Positions 61,816 through 64,000 of a stretch of DNA of 64,000 bases are shown piece by piece. How positions within the stretch are numbered: position 1 is the first letter of the stretch; every line of letters starts with the position of its first letter. Where the stretch lies: the NCBI GenBank assembly GCA_028534125.1, contig CM052831.1, positions 21,762,001 through 21,826,000 on the forward strand. The letters are read 5' to 3'. The notes under the pieces are model-generated. The model ran no database searches, was not told where the DNA came from, and saw only the letters and a program-made list of their open reading frames with translations. This stretch comes from Lama glama (Eukaryota). The position numbers and the translations under genes were made by a program.

Positions 61816-64000
61816 GCAGATGCCCGAGTGGCTCCAGTGTGTGGAGGGTGTTGGTTGGTCACTGGCCAAGGCCACTAAATGTAGGGGAGGGGAGGGCAGG
61901 GTGGGTGTGGGGCATGTTCTCTACCCTTCGTGGCTGTTGCGGGGGTCCCAGAGGATAATGCAGGTGCTGTTACGGCCACTGTCACAATACTAGAAAGAGC
62001 TTTGAATGGGAAGACCTGGCACCGACTTTCTGTGTGACTTCAGACCATCTCTCCTCCTCTTCTGAGCCCCAGTTTCCCATTGTATGTGACAGGGGAGCCT
62101 GTTGGGTAAAACAAGCCATAGTCACATTGCCTCAGAGTGAGGCTCATCCCTCCCCCACCTCCACAGAAGCCATGGGCATGCGTCCAGGGACCCCAAGGCT
62201 CTGTGGGACTCAGGGTCCTCAGAATTCCCTCCTCGTTGTTTATATTGCCTCCCTGCCAGCTTGCATCCCCTCAAAGACAAAGCCAGGTTGAGGCTCCTCT
62301 CTGGCCCTTGGCAGTCCGCTTCCTGAGCTTCTGTCCCCTGTCCCAAACTCAGGGCGAGCCTTCCCCTTGCCATTCCCACAGCTCTGCCTGAGCTACGTGA
62401 ACACCAGGTTCTCAGCTCACCTTCAATCCCTTCCACTTCAGGCCTCAATGTCCCTGTATGCATGGAGCCATCAGACTAAGGGGGCCACAGAAGCCTGTCC
62501 AGCTGTGACAGCAAGAGCAAGGACAGTCCAGGGCTGGACTGGCAGGGTCTGGGATTGCAGGGCCTGGCTCAGGGCTGAAGCTTACAGGCGAGCTCCACCA
62601 CTCCACTGGGCAGGTGGAGTGGGCTGCACAGAGCCCTTCCCACAGTCCCGGCCTCCTTATATAGCTGTTTCCAGGCTGGGCCTGTGCTCTGTGCCCCAAG
62701 GGAGCAGGCCTCTGGGGACAAAGCCTGGGCCTGCTCGCTGGGCTCCTTGGGAAGCTCCTCCCCAAGAGTGCTGAAGGGGTGTGTCCTCCCATGTAGTCCT
62801 AGTCACCCAGAGCCAACGGGAGAGCAGTGCAGATGCATGCAAAGATGCAGCTTCTGGCTGTAGTCATGCTCAGGAAGGGGAGTGTTTACTTGCAGCCACA
62901 GACACAGCTCTGGAGTCTATGATTCCCTTCCCTTGGGGCAGATGCTGCTAGCGTTGACCCAGGCGGTTGCCAGCCAGTCGCTGCCCCAGGGCCCCAAGTT
63001 GGCCCTGAGGATGGCACCTGCCCCCAGCTCCTAGCCCCTGGCCACCCCCTGGCTAGTGTCACTGAGTCCTCCTTCCCCGACCCAGGATTTGGCACCTGGC
63101 CACTTTTCTGAAGCATCTTTACCCCATCTGTGGCCCCAGACTCAGGAGACAAGCTTTCCCAGAGCCACAGGGACACAAGCACCGGCTGCGTCCAGATCCC
63201 CTAATAATTATTCACTTTATTGCTATTTGTTATGAAAGCAGGCTTTCAATTTTATTAAAGGAAAATTGGAGAAAGTCATCAGTAATCCCACCCCAGGGCC
63301 TCCAGCCACCCGTGGGTCTGCTTCCAACACTGCCACTGCCTTAGTGTGCTGACGGATCAGCATTCTGCCCTTTGTCATTCAAGCAGTGATTCACAGGCTC
63401 CCCTGGCACAACTGACCTCCACACAGGCCACCTGGGTATATGCGCCAACACCCCGAAGCTCTGTTCTTTCTCTGTTTCAAGCTTCCCTCTTAGGAAATTA
63501 CCTGGAGCGAGATCTGGGCCGCAACATGTGGGCATCTTTATGGCTCTCAGTTTGTGTTGCCAAGTGCAGGTCTTGTTTTGGAGGCCTTGCTGGAATTGCA
63601 CCAGGAGTCCTGGCTAGAATAATGGGTCCTGAACAGCAGCCCAGGGGCCCCTGCAGAGAGAAAGGGGGCTCTTTGGCCCCACCTCTCTCTCCTCAGAAAT
63701 AAGGTGTATCCATCCTGCCTTGACCCCAGCAGCTCCTGCCCCACTCAGACACCCCCAAGGGCTGTTTGGTTTCTTTGCAGCAGCCCCACTGATGTGGTCA
63801 CACTGACATGGCCTCCAGGCTTCTGCCTCCCAAAAGCCGCCCTCTGGCCCTCATCTTCCTGGCCACCTCTCTGCTTCTCCCAGGCTGGGCTTATGGAAAA
63901 TGGGCCGGTTCACCACTGTGTCCCCAAACCCTGGGGAATGTGGTGGCATCAGACTGGTGTGAGGGGTGGTGGTGGCCTAGTGGACCTTCCAGAAGGGGTA

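Overview
Mammalian genomic DNA, most likely a camelid: there is one tRNA-Ala-derived Vic-1-type SINE and a cetartiodactyl-type L1 tail, and I saw no Alu, Bov-A/B, PRE or Can-SINE. Three genes lie head-to-tail on the + strand. (1) The last 16 codons and 3' UTR of SFMBT1 (stop at 49-51). (2) The complete 8-exon STIMATE/TMEM110 gene: CpG-island promoter ~6.85-7.5 kb, CDS 7110..54861, 885 nt = 294 aa, 33.4-kb intron 1, two AATAAA signals. (3) The complete 3-exon MUSTN1 gene: TATA box at 60076, CDS 60161..61667, 82 aa. By recalled synteny the window should end in the ITIH4 upstream region, but no ITIH4 coding sequence is visible. Introns hold old L1M, L2, MIR, MLT1, MER20, MER58 and Tigger1 remnants and two N gaps. 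Nearly all ORFs in the supplied track are spurious. I found no convincing wholly new biological system. The most interesting structures concern RNA processing. The last STIMATE codon plus stop (GTA TGA) doubles as a phase-0 splice donor that would give an in-frame 372-aa STIMATE-MUSTN1 fusion; such a read-through is annotated in human. There are also two candidate stop-containing (poison) mini-exons in STIMATE intron 4 and recursive-splice-like AG|GTGA motifs in intron 1. Repeat family names come from remembered consensus sequences and repeat boundaries are approximate.
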